A stretch of 64,000 nucleotides of DNA. It comes from Eledone cirrhosa. Taxonomy: Eukaryota. The notes beneath the pieces are model-generated. The model saw only the letters and a program-made list of their open reading frames with translations, did no database searches and was not told where the DNA came from. The stretch lies in the NCBI GenBank assembly GCA_964016885.1, contig OZ024740.1, positions 138,880,001 through 138,944,000 of the forward strand, written 5' to 3'. Position numbers and translations under genes: made by a program. Below are positions 44,212 through 58,249 of the stretch, piece by piece (the stretch's first letter is position 1; each line of letters begins with the position of its first letter).

Positions 44212-47200
44212 GGCGACCTACGTAGTAAATCGTATCATCGTGAGCTCCGCAAAGGTTTGTTATTTCCGTTTGTTAAAAATTGCCATTTATGGAAAATTTT
44301 ATTGTTAACTGTTTATAAGCGCACATACATTGTTTTCCGAAAAGGACACCCAAAAAGATTGGTGCCTTGTGCCCAAAATTTAAACATTTATAATTATCAA
44401 AAAAATTTCTTTGAAAAAAAAAACATGGAAGTCTCACAGCCACACGAAGCTGACAGCCTTCCTCACAAACTAACACCTCACACCGACACCACCATTGTAA
44501 ATATTACTACGTTTGCCAACACAAAAAATTTAAGCAGTAGCAATATTTTAAATTTGTCTCAGGCAGACATTCATTTCCCGCCATTACCAATGACTGCAGG
44601 TGTTAAAGCCGCCACCACCGCGACAACCCCCACCCCCACCACCACCGCGACAACCACCACCCCCACCACCACCGCGACAACAGAAACAAAAATAAAAAAT
44701 AAATCAACTCGTGATGTCGAAATGTTTTCAACCAAAATGGACTCTTCCTCACCGAACACCACTGACGTCACCACCACCACAACTGAAACTAAAATTAATA
44801 ACAACAAAAATAACGATAACAACAACAGCAACAATGACATTAAAAAAACCACCCTGAGTTTTGCCAGAGTAGCAAAACAGTGCGAAGCATTTACGGTAAC
44901 TCAGGAGGAATTAGAAAATGCCAAAATAATGGTAAAGAAAGATGGGTACAGGGTCAGCCTCACCCCCACCTAATAAAATGGAGCATTGGCACCTATGCAC
45001 CGTGTCATATCGAACAATTAATGTAAAATCGCGCCGAGTGGAACGGGCATCCGAGTCCCAAATCCAAAAAGCTTTGGGACATGTGTGGGCAAGAAAAACC
45101 CACATCAGACGTGGGCAGAAGTATGGAACCGTGGACGTGTTCTTTGAAACACCAGAGGAGGCTAGAGAACACTCCATGGCCCCATTAAGAAGTGACGACT
45201 TCACACTCGTCCCAAGCTATTGTGGCCAGAGACTCGTAAAGATCAGGGTGACCCACGTTCCACCGGCCATCGAAATTCCCTGGCTAATAGCGGCCGTCCT
45301 CGCCGGCATCGAAGCCAACACAAAGATAATAGCAATAGCAAAAGAAAAGCAGGAGAACTGGTCCGGATCTGGGATGGAGCTCCTGAACCAAAAAAGCATT
45401 GAGGAGATCCCAGAGGTAATAGACCTCACTGACGGCAGCCACCTCACTGTAATTGTCGAGGGCAGAAGGCCTAGGTGTGTCGTTTGTGGTGAAGGAACCC
45501 ACCTAAGGGCTTTCTGCCCTCAGGCTAAAAGATTGAGGCCACCTCTCTTACTCACCCCAGTAACTCAACCGTCAACACCACCAGTAGCAGAGATGGCAGC
45601 AACAAATGTAGCAGCAACAACAGAAGCAACTATAACAGCAACAAACCCAGCAACAGTAGCAAAACCAACACCACCACCACCAGCAAAACCAACACCACCA
45701 CCACCCAACGCTTCAGAACTAGCACCAGCGCCTACACCATCGACCACGCCACAACCAAAACTAACGCCTGTGGAGGATTTTCCACTCCCCAGCCTATCAC
45801 AACTGGAGACAGATTGTGACGACGAGGAGTGGGAAACGGTACCAGGAAAATAAAAAGAAACCAAAAAAGAAAAATTCTCTTCCTTCCCCCTCCAAAAACA
45901 AAATACAGAGGGAAACAAATAAATTAACAAACAAAAAAGTTAGGACAGATATGCCACCATCCACACCAGCATCACCAACCCCATCACCCCATACACCAAC
46001 ACCATCACCATCATTAACCCCAACACCACCATCACCTACACCACAAAAGTCACCAAAATGCGAAACAGAAACAATTAGGTTTAATAAGGCTTTAGCAATA
46101 GAGAAAAATAGAGCAGAGGGAGAACTAGTTAGAAAATTAGACGAGGCGCTTAGCAAAGGCATTGCGACCGACGTGCTTGCGGCGAAATTGGCCCTTGACC
46201 AATTCTTCAATGCAAAGCACGAAGGCTGCGTTGTCAGAGCAAGGGTGCGTGCTCTCAGACACGAGGGGACGAAAGCCGTTCAATGGGCCCGAGTGGCGGA
46301 GGCGCGTCGTAGCAACAAAGCCACGATCCGGTCTTTGGTGGACCACGACGGGCGCATGCTACTCGATCCCGGGCAAATGTGTGAAGCTTTTCAGCGACAC
46401 TTCGCTCAGCTGTTCGGGGGCAGCGGTGGGCCGGGTCGAGGGATGGACTTTAGTGTCTACCTCAACGGACTGCCGCGGCTCTCGGCCACTGAGGCGAAGT
46501 GTTGCGAAAAGCCGATAACAGCCGCTGAAGTAAGGGAGGCAATGACTGGCTGCACAAGGTGTAAATCGCCTGGTTTGGATGGTCTGCCCTATGAACTTTA
46601 CGTACAGATGCCAGACTTGTTCGGAGGCCTCTTGGCGGACGTCTACTGCAACTGGCAACAGAACGGGAGAATTTCCAGTTCTGTGAGCCGAGGAGCGGTG
46701 GCACTGCTGAGAAAGGATCCGAACAAGGGGGATAACATAGATAATTTCCGGCCCATAACTCTGCTAAACACAGAGTTCAAGATTTTGGCCAAGGTGCTAG
46801 CAAAGAGGTTGGCGCTTGTCGTTGGTGGTCTGGTGGGAGAGGCGCAGACATGCGCAATTCCCGACAGATCCATCCACGACAACCTCCACCTCATGCGATA
46901 CATCGTAGAGAGGGTAGCTAGGGAACCTGGCACGGGTGGTCCTTGATCAATTTAGATCAGTCGAAAGCTTTCGATAGGGTCGACCATCGTTACCTAGCGG
47001 CAGTCCTGAGGGCTGCTGTCTTTGGGCCCGTCTTCAGAGGCTGGATCGCTGCCATGCACAGCAACATCTGCTCTGTCGTGAGAGTGAACGGTCACCTGTC
47101 GGAACCGTTCAACATCATGCGCTCGGTCCGCCAAGGATGTCCCCTCTCGTCCTTCTTGTACATATTGACTCTCGAGCCATTACTGCACAAACTGGAGACA

Positions 47201-48847
47201 TTGAGGGGCGTCCCGCGCGAACTAGGATGCGGAAGATCCGTGTCAGCATATGTGGACGATGTCACCGTAGTGGTGTCGAACGCCAAACACATCGAGGCGA
47301 TCGGCACTACACTAAGAGAATACGAAGCGGTGACAGGAGCAATGATCAACCAGGAAAAGTCAGTGGGCCTGCAGCTCGGCACCTGAAGAGGCAGGTCCAT
47401 GCCGTCCAACAGCGTCGTCGGACGCTGGACGGACGGACCGGTTAAATTGCTAGGGGTCTGGTTCGGTCCGGACCTCCAGACGGACAGAAACTGGGACGAG
47501 GTGACGAGCAGGGTGGCTTCTCTCACCCAGAAATGGGCGGAGAGAAAGCTATCCCTGAAAGGTCGAGCGGAGGTGGCTAACGCGTACATCGCGTCTGTCA
47601 TCTGCTACCGCCTGACCGTCGTACCTTGTCCTAAGCCTCGCCTGACTGCGCTGGAGCGTTTGCTCTTTCGCTTTTTGTGGAAGGGACGAGCTCCGATGGT
47701 CAGGAGGTCCATCTGCTGTCAACACCCGCTACGTGGAGGGCTGGGCATGCCGTGGCTGATGATGCGCAGGCACGCGCTCAGGCTACGACATCTCCACCTC
47801 TTCCTCGACGGTGAACGGGTGTGGTCGCCGTTTGCTAGACACGTATTTCCCCAGCTCGTTTCCTTGACAGAGCTGCAGTTCTGGGTCAAGCGAAGACCGA
47901 GAGGGAGCGCCTGGAGACTGGAATATCTTCAGGCGCTCACAGCCCTCGACCAATCGGGCAATGTGATCGGCGTTCTATAGAGGATTAGTGGAGGGCAAGA
48001 GCAACGACGTACCTGGGGAAACTCTAGGCGTCGACGAAAATCAACTAGCCAATCTCTTCGGAAGAACTTTCGGGCCAGGGCCTATGGACAACTTCCAGAA
48101 ATCTCTGGCCTAACAGTGCTACCGAGGAGCCTTGCCAGTTCGGGATAAACTCTACAGGCATGGAGGTGCCGTCAGCCGGGCATGTCCGAGATGCGCGCAG
48201 GGCGACGAAACCGTCCTGCACGCACTCGTCCAGTGTCCGAAAATTGCTGACTTGTGGGTTTATGTCGAACACCTGCTGTCACGTGTGGGACGGATCCAGC
48301 TATCATCTGAGTCCATCGTGAGGATTGCCCCGCCCTCCTCCTTTAGCCGGGAAGGGCAGGCAGTTTTTATCTGTCTGGTGGCCATGGCGAAAGAGATAGT
48401 ATGGTGGACACGTTTGAAAGGGCTGAAGACGAGCACTTACCTCTTCGGTGATGCTCTGATTGACTTTTTCAAATTTCATTTGAAAAGGAAAATCAGAGTA
48501 GAGAGGGAAGTGCTCTCTTCCCAGCATTTTGTTGAAAGATGGGTGAGAGAAGCAAGAATGGCCCGAGTGAATGGGCCTACTCTGAGTATATATCTGTAAA
48601 TTAAAGGTGGAAAACTGGGAGAGGGCACTTGCCTTGGTGGTCAGGGTCACTGTGGCCTTTTACTGGGCTTTCTCCACAAATGTCCCTCCGAAGTCTCCCC
48701 CTATTGGGGAATTTTTCATTGTTATTTTTTTGTTACATCCTCTGTTTTTGTTTTTTACACGCAGAAATGCCCATTTGTACCGTCCTGTATTGTCCTGCAC
48801 TGTCCTTAATGTCTACTTTATGTAAACCCTTGTGGTTAATAAAGAAA

Positions 48848-48891
<44 letters not shown>
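44212..48891 (+). mobile_element. Tx1/L1-clade LINE with ORF1 and RT, endonuclease absent
   Basis: ORF1 from ATG 44425 with knuckle CVVCGEGTHLRAFC. ORF2 has KSPGLDG, FRPITLLN, DQSKAFDRV, RQGCPLS, YVDD, CPRC..ETVLHALVQC; several frameshifts and stops; (ATT)n tail. Confidence 0.92.
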
Positions 48892-49601
48892 GATGTTGTT
48901 GTTGTTGTTATTGTCGTCATCGTCGTTGTTGTTAATATTTTTTAATATGCCGAGCGTTATGTCGGTCATTTCTCAATTTTTTTTTTTTTTTTTGTGTTGT
49001 AGTGTAGGAAATATCATTATAAGTAACTTGAATATACGACCATCATCAACACAGAGAAAATATAATGGTGTTATATAATATATAGTTGTCAGAGATGCAC
49101 AACAATTATTCTGCCTGGAAGAAGTCATTAACACACGCCATTGTTATTTACACTTAAAACTAAACCCCACTAACGATTCTACAATTCTGTTCGGGTTTAA
49201 TAACAACGGTGAAATTTTCTCTAAACTTAAAGATTTCCGTCATAAAATCTGCCACACTGAGAGCTCATCAGACAATCGCTCCTTACTCCATGTAAATATA
49301 AATAGAATAAGGCAAATGTTAGTTGATTTTATTTGACTTCAGAGCAACTTTTACTGGGTAGATATGTGATCAAAGGCGTTCTAGTTGTAAATGCTTCGTC
49401 TCTTTTTTTTTTCAGATAGATTCTCCATCTTTAGATTATCCAATGTGTTCTTTTCTAAGGAAGCAGGATATTGTTTGAGATACACTTGGCTGTTATTTCT
49501 AGCTGGTAAACCATTCGACTACGTAGAGTCTTCCTAACTTGAATATAAGAATGATAACGAAGTGGTTGGCAGAGGCGAAGGGGAAAAAAGGAACTCTATC
49601 A

Positions 49602-49799
49602 CAGTGGTTCTTAACCTTTTTGTTACATGCTCTTTACACCTAAAAAATCAATACCATCTTCAGTATAAAAACACATTTGCTGTTACAAAGATATATTGCA
49701 AAATTTAGAAAGATTGATCTTCCTCTCTCGCCAGCACCCACTCCAAAAATATTCAATATTCCTACCTGTAGGGCATGCACCCCATCTTTAGAACCGTTG
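49602..49799. mobile_element. hAT/Charlie-type MITE
   Basis: CAGTGGTTCTTAA ... TTAGAACCGTTG; no convincing TSD. Confidence 0.45.
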
Positions 49800-50094
49800 C
49801 TACATTCTGTGTTTCCATAGAGTGATACAGATCGAAATAGTTTGTTAGAATAGTAGCTAGCTCAGGAGTGCAATATTTCATGGTCATAGAAAGAACTTCG
49901 GTGGGACCTTGTTGGATCGGAAACATCTAAGGAGATTTTGTACTTAGAGACTGTATATGGTGGTGAAACACATAGAGTAGATAAGAATATTGTTGTATAT
50001 GTTGTATGTATGGACACACTGGTGTGTGTGCACGTATGTGTGTGTGTGCGTATCCGCAAGATATTTTTTAACCAGCGCGCTGATTCACGCCGAT

Positions 50095-50244
<150 letters not shown>

Positions 50245-50829
50245 ATACACTTCCCACTCACACACATCTCACAAACATACAAGCACACGTTCATTCACAA
50301 ACACACATATAAACACTACACACATATATACACATACACACTCGCATATATATTCTACGCACACACACAAGACGCTCATATAAATAAGCATTTATCCAAT
50401 CTACTTTGAACATGAATATATAACTTCACTCTCACACACGCACAAAAACACACACACGCTCATTTGTGTGAGGGCGTGTGTGATTGTGTGAGGGTGTGTG
50501 TATTTAAGAGAGAGCGGTGAGAGATATGTTCGTTCGACATCAGTATATGTTTCATTGCGCAGAAATATGCAATCACTTTGGTCTAAATATTCCAGATACA
50601 CTCAAAAAGAAATTTATCACAATATTGGCAAATAAATAGGATATGATAGGTTGGCTTTATTGCAGCAGGTTAACAGGCATATATTAGGTGTATTTAGCAG
50701 CTGTAAAAAACAACCATCACCAACAAATTGAATTCTCTTCGACGTTACCTTCTACGTAACCACAAGTCGATGGACCTCCGTCGTTTCCTATGACGAGTGT
50801 TCTAGTTGACTCAATCAATGCAACAATGT

Positions 50830-51105
50830 AATACTTGTTTGTAAAATGAACGTGTAAGTGGTTGAGCATTTCACAGACACGTACACTCGTAACATAGTTC
50901 TCATGGAGATTCCTCATTACGCAACGTGTGACATGGCTGGTCCCTTCAATTACAGGTACAACTCATTTTTGCCAGTTGAGTGTATAAGAGTAACATGACG
51001 TAAAGCGTCTTGCCCAACGAAAACACGCGCCGCCCGTTCCGGGAATAGAATGCACTACCTTACGATCGTCAGCTAAATATCCTAACCACTAAATCAAGTG
51101 CCTTC
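50830..51105 (-). mobile_element. SINE family A, decayed
   Basis: Reverse-complement similarity to 2351-2465 and 1815-1925. Confidence 0.6.
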
Positions 51106-52114
51106 AAGTAAATACAAATCACATAGAAAGCCTAACGAAAATCTCACATATATTAATATAGATTCTGTCACAGACTTTTTTTTATAAATCCTGATTTATC
51201 GAAGACTGTCTTACCTGTTATCTAATCAACAATCTTCGACAATACGTCTCTTACAACAATAAAACATTAGAAGCTAACAGATTCATACATAAGATCGCAT
51301 ATCTCCTTAACTTTTCTCAAATTAATAACAAGAGTAGACGCCATTATATCTCATTCCCACTCTTTTCTCTTAAAATGCCATTTGTTACACATAGAGAAAG
51401 CTATTTGATAAACATAAACGTAAATTGAATTATATTGTAACATTAATATGAAAAATTTAATAACAATCAAACCAACTAAATCAACCAAAGCTAACTTCAC
51501 GTGTAGAAATGTATGTCTACTTAATATATTATGCAACAGTGAAATGATTATCTAGTTCCACCAAACCAAACCTAAACCTCGCGCATAAGCACTATATAGG
51601 TACAGGGGAACGTAAACTTGAACAACCATACCTCAATCCTGCTTCTTCATTCCATACAAAAGAAGAATGCCACAAAACTATCTAATTATGTCTAACAATC
51701 GAAAGAACTTGGTACTGCACATGACAGATGAATTTCATGCAGAAATATTAGAAATCCTTACGGGTTTATGCATAGCTGAACATACCCCCATATTCGACAA
51801 CTATAGACTAAATGTTAGATCAAAGATCTCTACCAAATATGGCAAAGATCTTTACCAAATATCGCAAATGTTTGAAATCCTTACTTTTTTCTACTTAACT
51901 AACTCAGATAATATGCAATATTAAGGCAATACAGGAAACTCTAAATGAAAGAATAGTAACTGATATATTTCGCCGAGGAAGTTGTTTGGTTTATTATCTA
52001 GTATCTCTGGGTATGAAACTCCAAGAAACGATGCATTATCATTAACGGACTATCTCCTTTAATATACTTATACGAACACAATTAGATAACTCAGCAGAAT
52101 GAAATATATTAATA

Positions 52115-52493
52115 TACATACTTATATCTAAGTAACAACCGTACTAAGAGTCAGAAATGAAATTTCGTTTCATTTTTTCCGTTTATCGTTTACGGTACCC
52201 CGGCCGATTAACTCACTCGATATGCAAATTAGGCTGCTCAGCCGTTAATATGCATAAGGAAAGTATATACTTTCAGACGTTCAACCATCTGGCAGGAAGG
52301 TATACGTTGCTGACGATAGTTAATAAGCTTGAAACTAGTATAGCGTTCCTTTGTCAGTGTTGAACAAATGAGCAACGATGGTTGCTAGACACTGTACGGC
52401 TTAATTCGGGATGTTTGTTTACAAACACACCGAGCATTATAATAAATGTTCGGTGAATCCATACGTACATATATATATATGTGTGCATGTATG

Positions 52494-52558
<65 letters not shown>

Positions 52559-53035
52559 TACTGTACGTCTGTATACATATATGTATGTACGTATACATAC
52601 TTATATTTAAGTAACAGCCATACTAAGAGTGAGAAATGAAATTTCGCTTCATTTTTTCTGTTTATCGTTTTCGGTACCCCGGCCGATTAACTCACTCGAT
52701 ATGCAAATTAGGCTGCTCAGCCGTTAATATGCATAAGGAAAGTATATACTTTCAGACGTTCAACCATCTGGCAGGAAGGTATACGTTGCTGACGATAGCT
52801 AATAAGCTTGAAACTAGTAAAGCGTTCCGTTGTCAGGGTTGAACAAATGAGCAACGATGGTTGCTAGACACTGTACGGCTTAATTCGGGATGTTTGTTTA
52901 CAAACACACCGAGCATTATAATAAATGTTCGGTGAATCCATACGTACATATATATATGTGTGCATGTATGTATATATATATACATACTACTGAACGTCTG
53001 TATACATATATGTATGTACGTATACATACTTATAT
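52115..53035 (-). repeat. tandem repeat, two units, same family as 41262
   Basis: Units start at 52115, 52594 and 53023. Confidence 0.9.
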
Positions 53036-53377
53036 TGAAATATATTAAATTATATATGTGTGTGTGCATGTGTGCGTGCGTGTATGTGTATATATACGAC
53101 GGGAAGTCACAGAGGTACTTTCCACTAAATTCTACTCACAAGCTTTTGGACAACATATATCTACATCTAACGACCTTTGGCCAATGTGTTTACGCGGGAC
53201 ATTCAATACGGGACCACAGCATGCAGTTGCGAAGCAACCTTCCTAACCCCGAAACCAAGCTCACGAAAATTTAATAACAAAATTACGTTTATAAATAAAG
53301 TTTCGATTCTCCTTCTCCTGTTTCTCTCTCTAGTCAAATTCGAAGTTATACACTTCATGTTTAAAAGAAAACTTCTG

Positions 53378-53465
<88 letters not shown>

Positions 53466-54140
53466 TGTGTGTATGTGTGTGTGTGTGTGTGTGTGTGCGT
53501 GCGTGTGTGTATGTGTGTGCGTGTGTGTATACCACTGTTATGGAACTACTTTTTGTAGTAAAAATTACAGCAATAGCTTCTAATTCAATCTGCTTATATG
53601 AAACACACACACAAACAGACAAACACACATGCACGCACACACACACACACACACACACTCCTACACACACACGCGCGCGTGCACACACTTCTACATACAT
53701 GATGTCTTAAACAGCAGCCTCTACTTCACATTGCATGCCCGATGAAGAGAACGAATTCTTACTTCAGAAATCAGATTTCTTTTAAGAACTTTTTTTAAGT
53801 ACAAATACTAGCTTTTCAATTACGGTTCTCTTAATAAATATATTATTGTACTAACAACTTCACTTGTCATATCATTCAGCTATTCGTACATCTCATTTCA
53901 CTGTTCTCACGTTAACATACTCGCAACATGGAATAAACAATTACAAAAAAGAAATTCATTGAATGTTTATCAAAAAATGTATATACTGTATATATTATAT
54001 CATACATCAATATATATATATAATATCATTTACGAATATATATATATATATATATATAAGCGTGTTTATACATATGTATACTTATATATAAATATACGCA
54101 CATACACCAACACACCGATACACGTAAACATACAGAGATA

Positions 54141-56652
54141 GATTTCTTTATTTGCCACAAGGGCACACAAGAAAAGGGGTCAATGCAAAGACATATGCCG
54201 GGGATTTTACATACAGTCATGTAAAATAAAAATATTGAAACAGACAATTATAACAATCGAAATCCCCAATAGGGGGGAGACACCACAAATGAGTTGTTTA
54301 ATACTCCGTCGATAGAACAACCCTCAACTCTAGGAGCGTGTTGTGCAAGTGCTCCCTTCTTCCTTTTGCTCTCTTCTTTAACCTACAGGCTTATAAACAG
54401 AGAAGGCCCAATCACTCGGGCCATTTTTGCTTCATTCACCCACCTTTCAGTAAATTTACTGGGGTGCAGTGCCTCTCTCTCCACTCTGATTCTCCTTCTA
54501 AAGTGATACTTAAAGAAGGGAATCAATTGTTGTCCGGAGAGAAAGGCATCTATCCCCAGTCCTCTCAATCTCGTCCACCATATAAACTCTTTCACCATAG
54601 CCACTGTACAGAGTAAAACCGCCTCTCTTTCGTTTTTAAAAGAGGCTGGCAGTTTGATCCTTACTATGGACTCGGCAGTCAACTGGATTTGTCCCATACG
54701 CGACAGAAGTTGTTCTGCATAGTTCCACAGGTCGCTTACGCAAGACGGTTTTCAATGTTCTGCTCGCATCTTGGACACGTCCTCTTGGAAGGTTCCCTGC
54801 CGGGGCGTCCGTGCCTGTAGATCTTGTCTCGAACGGTTAGAGCTCCTCAGTAGCACTGCCAGGCCAGGGACCTCTGGAAGTTGTCCATAGGTCCCGGGCG
54901 GAATGTCCTACCGAACAGACTAGTGAGCTCGCGTCTTCGACGCCTAGAGTCTACGCGAGCACATTGTCGCACTTGTAAAGTACTAACCCTCTATAGAATG
55001 TCGAAGTGGAGTCTCCACTGATTGCTGTGCCCGCTTGATAGAGAACCGTGAGCGCCTGGGCGCATTCAATGTGCTAGGCGCCCATCTTCTTCGGTCTTCG
55101 CTTGACCCAGGACTGCAGCTCCGTCAGTGAGACAAGTTGTGGGAAGGCCTGTCTCACAAACGGTGCCCACACTGGTTGGTCGGTGAGGAATACCTGGAGA
55201 TGCCGTAGCCTCAATGCATGTTTGCGCATCATTAGCCACGGCATGCCCAGCCCTCCGTTGGAAGGGTGTTGACAGTAGACGGATATCCACACCAGTGGAG
55301 CCTGCTTCTTCCACAGGAACTGGAAGAGCATGCGTTCCATCCTGGTGAGGTATTCACGAGGACAAGGCACCACAGTCAAGCGGTAGTAGATGACGGACGC
55401 TATGAAAGTGTTCGCCACCTCCGCTCGACTTTTCAAAGACAGTTTGCACTCTGCCCACTTCTGGGTGAGCGCAAATACCTTGGCCATGACTTCGTTCCAT
55501 TTTTGCTCTACCTGGAGGTCTGGACGGCATCGGTTTGCCTCTCCACGTTCCGAATTGCAAACCGACAGACTTGTCTGGGTTCAGTTTTGCTCCTGTGAAC
55601 CTTTCGTATTCCTGTAGTAGGTTGCCGATTACCTCGAATTCCGAGGTTTTTGACACCATAAGCCGATGCCGCTTTTCGCAGTCCCTGTTATAAAGGGATA
55701 CCCTGCAAAGGCTCCAGCTTTCGCAGTAGTGGCTCTAGAGTCAATACGTAAAGAATGGAGGAGAGATGGCATCCTGTTGAATGGAACGCGTGATTGCGAA
55801 CGGCTCCGATAGGTAGCCGTTCACCTTGACCTTCGAGCAGATGCTGGTGTGCATCGCCTTGATCCAGCCTCTGAAAACGGGACCGAAACCAGCCGCCTTG
55901 AGAACCGCTTCCAAGTATCGATGGTCGACCCTATTGAATGCCTTAGACTGATCTAAATTGATCAGAGCCCCACCGAAGTCGGGTTTACACCCCCACCTTC
56001 TCTATGATGTATCGCATAAGGTGGAGGTTGTCGTGTATGGACCTGGTCGAGATTGCACACGTTTGCGCTTTCCTTACCAGGTTTTCGACGACAAGCGCCA
56101 GCATCGTTTCTAGCACCTTGGCCAAAATCTTTAACTCTGTGTTGAGTAGAGTTATGGGCCTGAAATTGTTTATTTCGTTCCCCTTGTTCTCGTCTTTCCT
56201 GATCAGCGTTACTACGCCTTTGCCTGCAGAACTGGGAATTGTCCCGTTCTGCTGCCAACTGCAGTAGACGGCTTCGAGGACGCCAGAGAACAAGTCCGGC
56301 ATGCCTATGTAAAACTCATAGGGTAGACCATCTAGACCGGGTGATTTGCGTTTCCCGCAGTGGCCCAGAGCGTCCCGTATCTCAGTGGCTGTGATCGGTC
56401 TTTCGCAGAACTCGGCGTCCATGCTCGAGAGACGCGGCAGGCCGTCGATGTATGAACCAAAGTCCATTGCCCCATTCGCTGCAGCGTCGTTCTGCTCAAA
56501 CAGTCGCGCAAAGTGCCGCTGAAAGACCGCGCACATCTGCCTGGGGTCAAGTAGCACTCGTCCATTTTAGTCTTTCAAAGACCGAATCGTCGACTTGTTG
56601 CCACTTTTCGCTTCTGCGACTCGGGCCCAGCTAACAGCTTTTGCTCCAGTTT
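54141..56652 (-). mobile_element. Tx1/L1-clade LINE, 5'-truncated, related subfamily
   Basis: RKSPGLDGLPYEFY, FRPITLLNTE, GGLGMPWLMMR; 3' end CCCTTGTGGCAAATAAAGAAATC. Confidence 0.92.
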
Positions 56653-56873
56653 TATGGTAAAACACAATGACATACGTAAACACATGTTCTATGGTGCAAC
56701 ACAAATATACATAAATTTGCATACTTTTGATGTTTATAGATATAAACGTGCCGACACACAAACATACATATACGCACACATGCATTGCACACTGATGGGC
56801 ACATGCATATTTGTACACAAGTATTCCCATACGACAGGGCCTAATGGATTCCCCTTGCAGTACGTACAATCTG

Positions 56874-57835
56874 GACACTCACACACACCTTGGTGTTATG
56901 ACAATACTATACATCATTTCACCCCTTTTATTATTAATGTTTTTGATGTTCTTTTGAGAGAATCGTTTTTGCAAATTACTGAAAATACCGAATAATGTAC
57001 ACCATTTTTACCTGTATCACAAAAATACTGGTCCATCCACACACACACACATACACACATACACACACACATACACACACACACATACACACGCGTACAC
57101 TAACATACAAACAGACATACACACACACACACACACTTCTCCGTATAAGACAAGAGCTGAAAAATATCTTTCAACATGTTAAAATATCCTCCACACACGT
57201 ACACACACATTCCTACTGACCGAATTTATTTCCTCTACCACGAACCACTCTGCTACCCCCCCCCCACACATATTTGTCTCAATAGACACCTGAACTGTTG
57301 ACCTTTCAACATGACTGCAATTCACACACACATCCCTACTGACCATTATCACAACAATGAACCTCTTTACTACACACACACACACATATTTGTCTTAATA
57401 AACTTATTTTTCAGTGACTTCTCAATCAGGCGAAAAAGGACATTCTTCGACAAACCTACATTTGGCGCAAAATCAATGTTTAACATTCACGACCAATCAA
57501 AATTGTTTTGACTACAAGAATTTTTGCAACACGAATTGGCGCGAAATTTATAGTACTCATTCAACATTCAACAACCAACCAAATCTTAATACCTCTGGAG
57601 CAACTTTTTTCACATAAAACAGGAAGATTTCCAAAACTGATCACATTAGAGCAAACATCACGAGCGCTCTATCTTAAAATTATTTTTGAAAAGCATTAGA
57701 AATGCGCAACCGGTAAAAACTTAAAACTAAAACTGAATACTAACCAATACTTATTACTAATTTATATTTATTCCTAATTAAACTATTTTTCACTGGGAAA
57801 AATTTGTCAGCATTTTCTTTTCCTTTTACTAATAT
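56874..57835 (+). repeat. second copy of the 40190-41215 repeat
   Basis: Colinear similarity. Confidence 0.85.
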
Positions 57836-58013
57836 ATATATATATATACCATGTGTGTGTGTGTGTGTGCGCGCGCGTGCGTGTGTATGTGCGTGTGTGC
57901 GTGCGCGTGTGTGCGTATATATATGTATATGTATATGCTGTGTTTGTGAGTGTGTGGCGATTGGTCCCTTGTTTATCTCAACGAGTTGCATGCTCGTAGA
58001 ATTGGAAAAGATT

Positions 58014-58053
<40 letters not shown>

Positions 58054-58249
58054 AAATATAAAATTCAGGTGTTCGCTCCAACATAGCTGTATACATATAA
58101 GTATGAGTAATTTGTTTATCTAGCGACATACGGTATATTTATAAATAAACATTTGAAAACCTTCGGCTATGGATTTTGGAAACTGATGACGTAGCGCTAT
58201 CTAGCGGATTCCAGCAGAAGCAAAAAGTGGGTAGCTGTCGACGACAATC

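Noticed and set aside
51667-51924. 85-aa non-repetitive ORF
   Set aside because: No motif I recognise and no splice support; possibly a TE fragment, needs a BLASTX search.
53738-53780. CCGATGA..GAAA motif
   Set aside because: Core mutated and no consistent stems.
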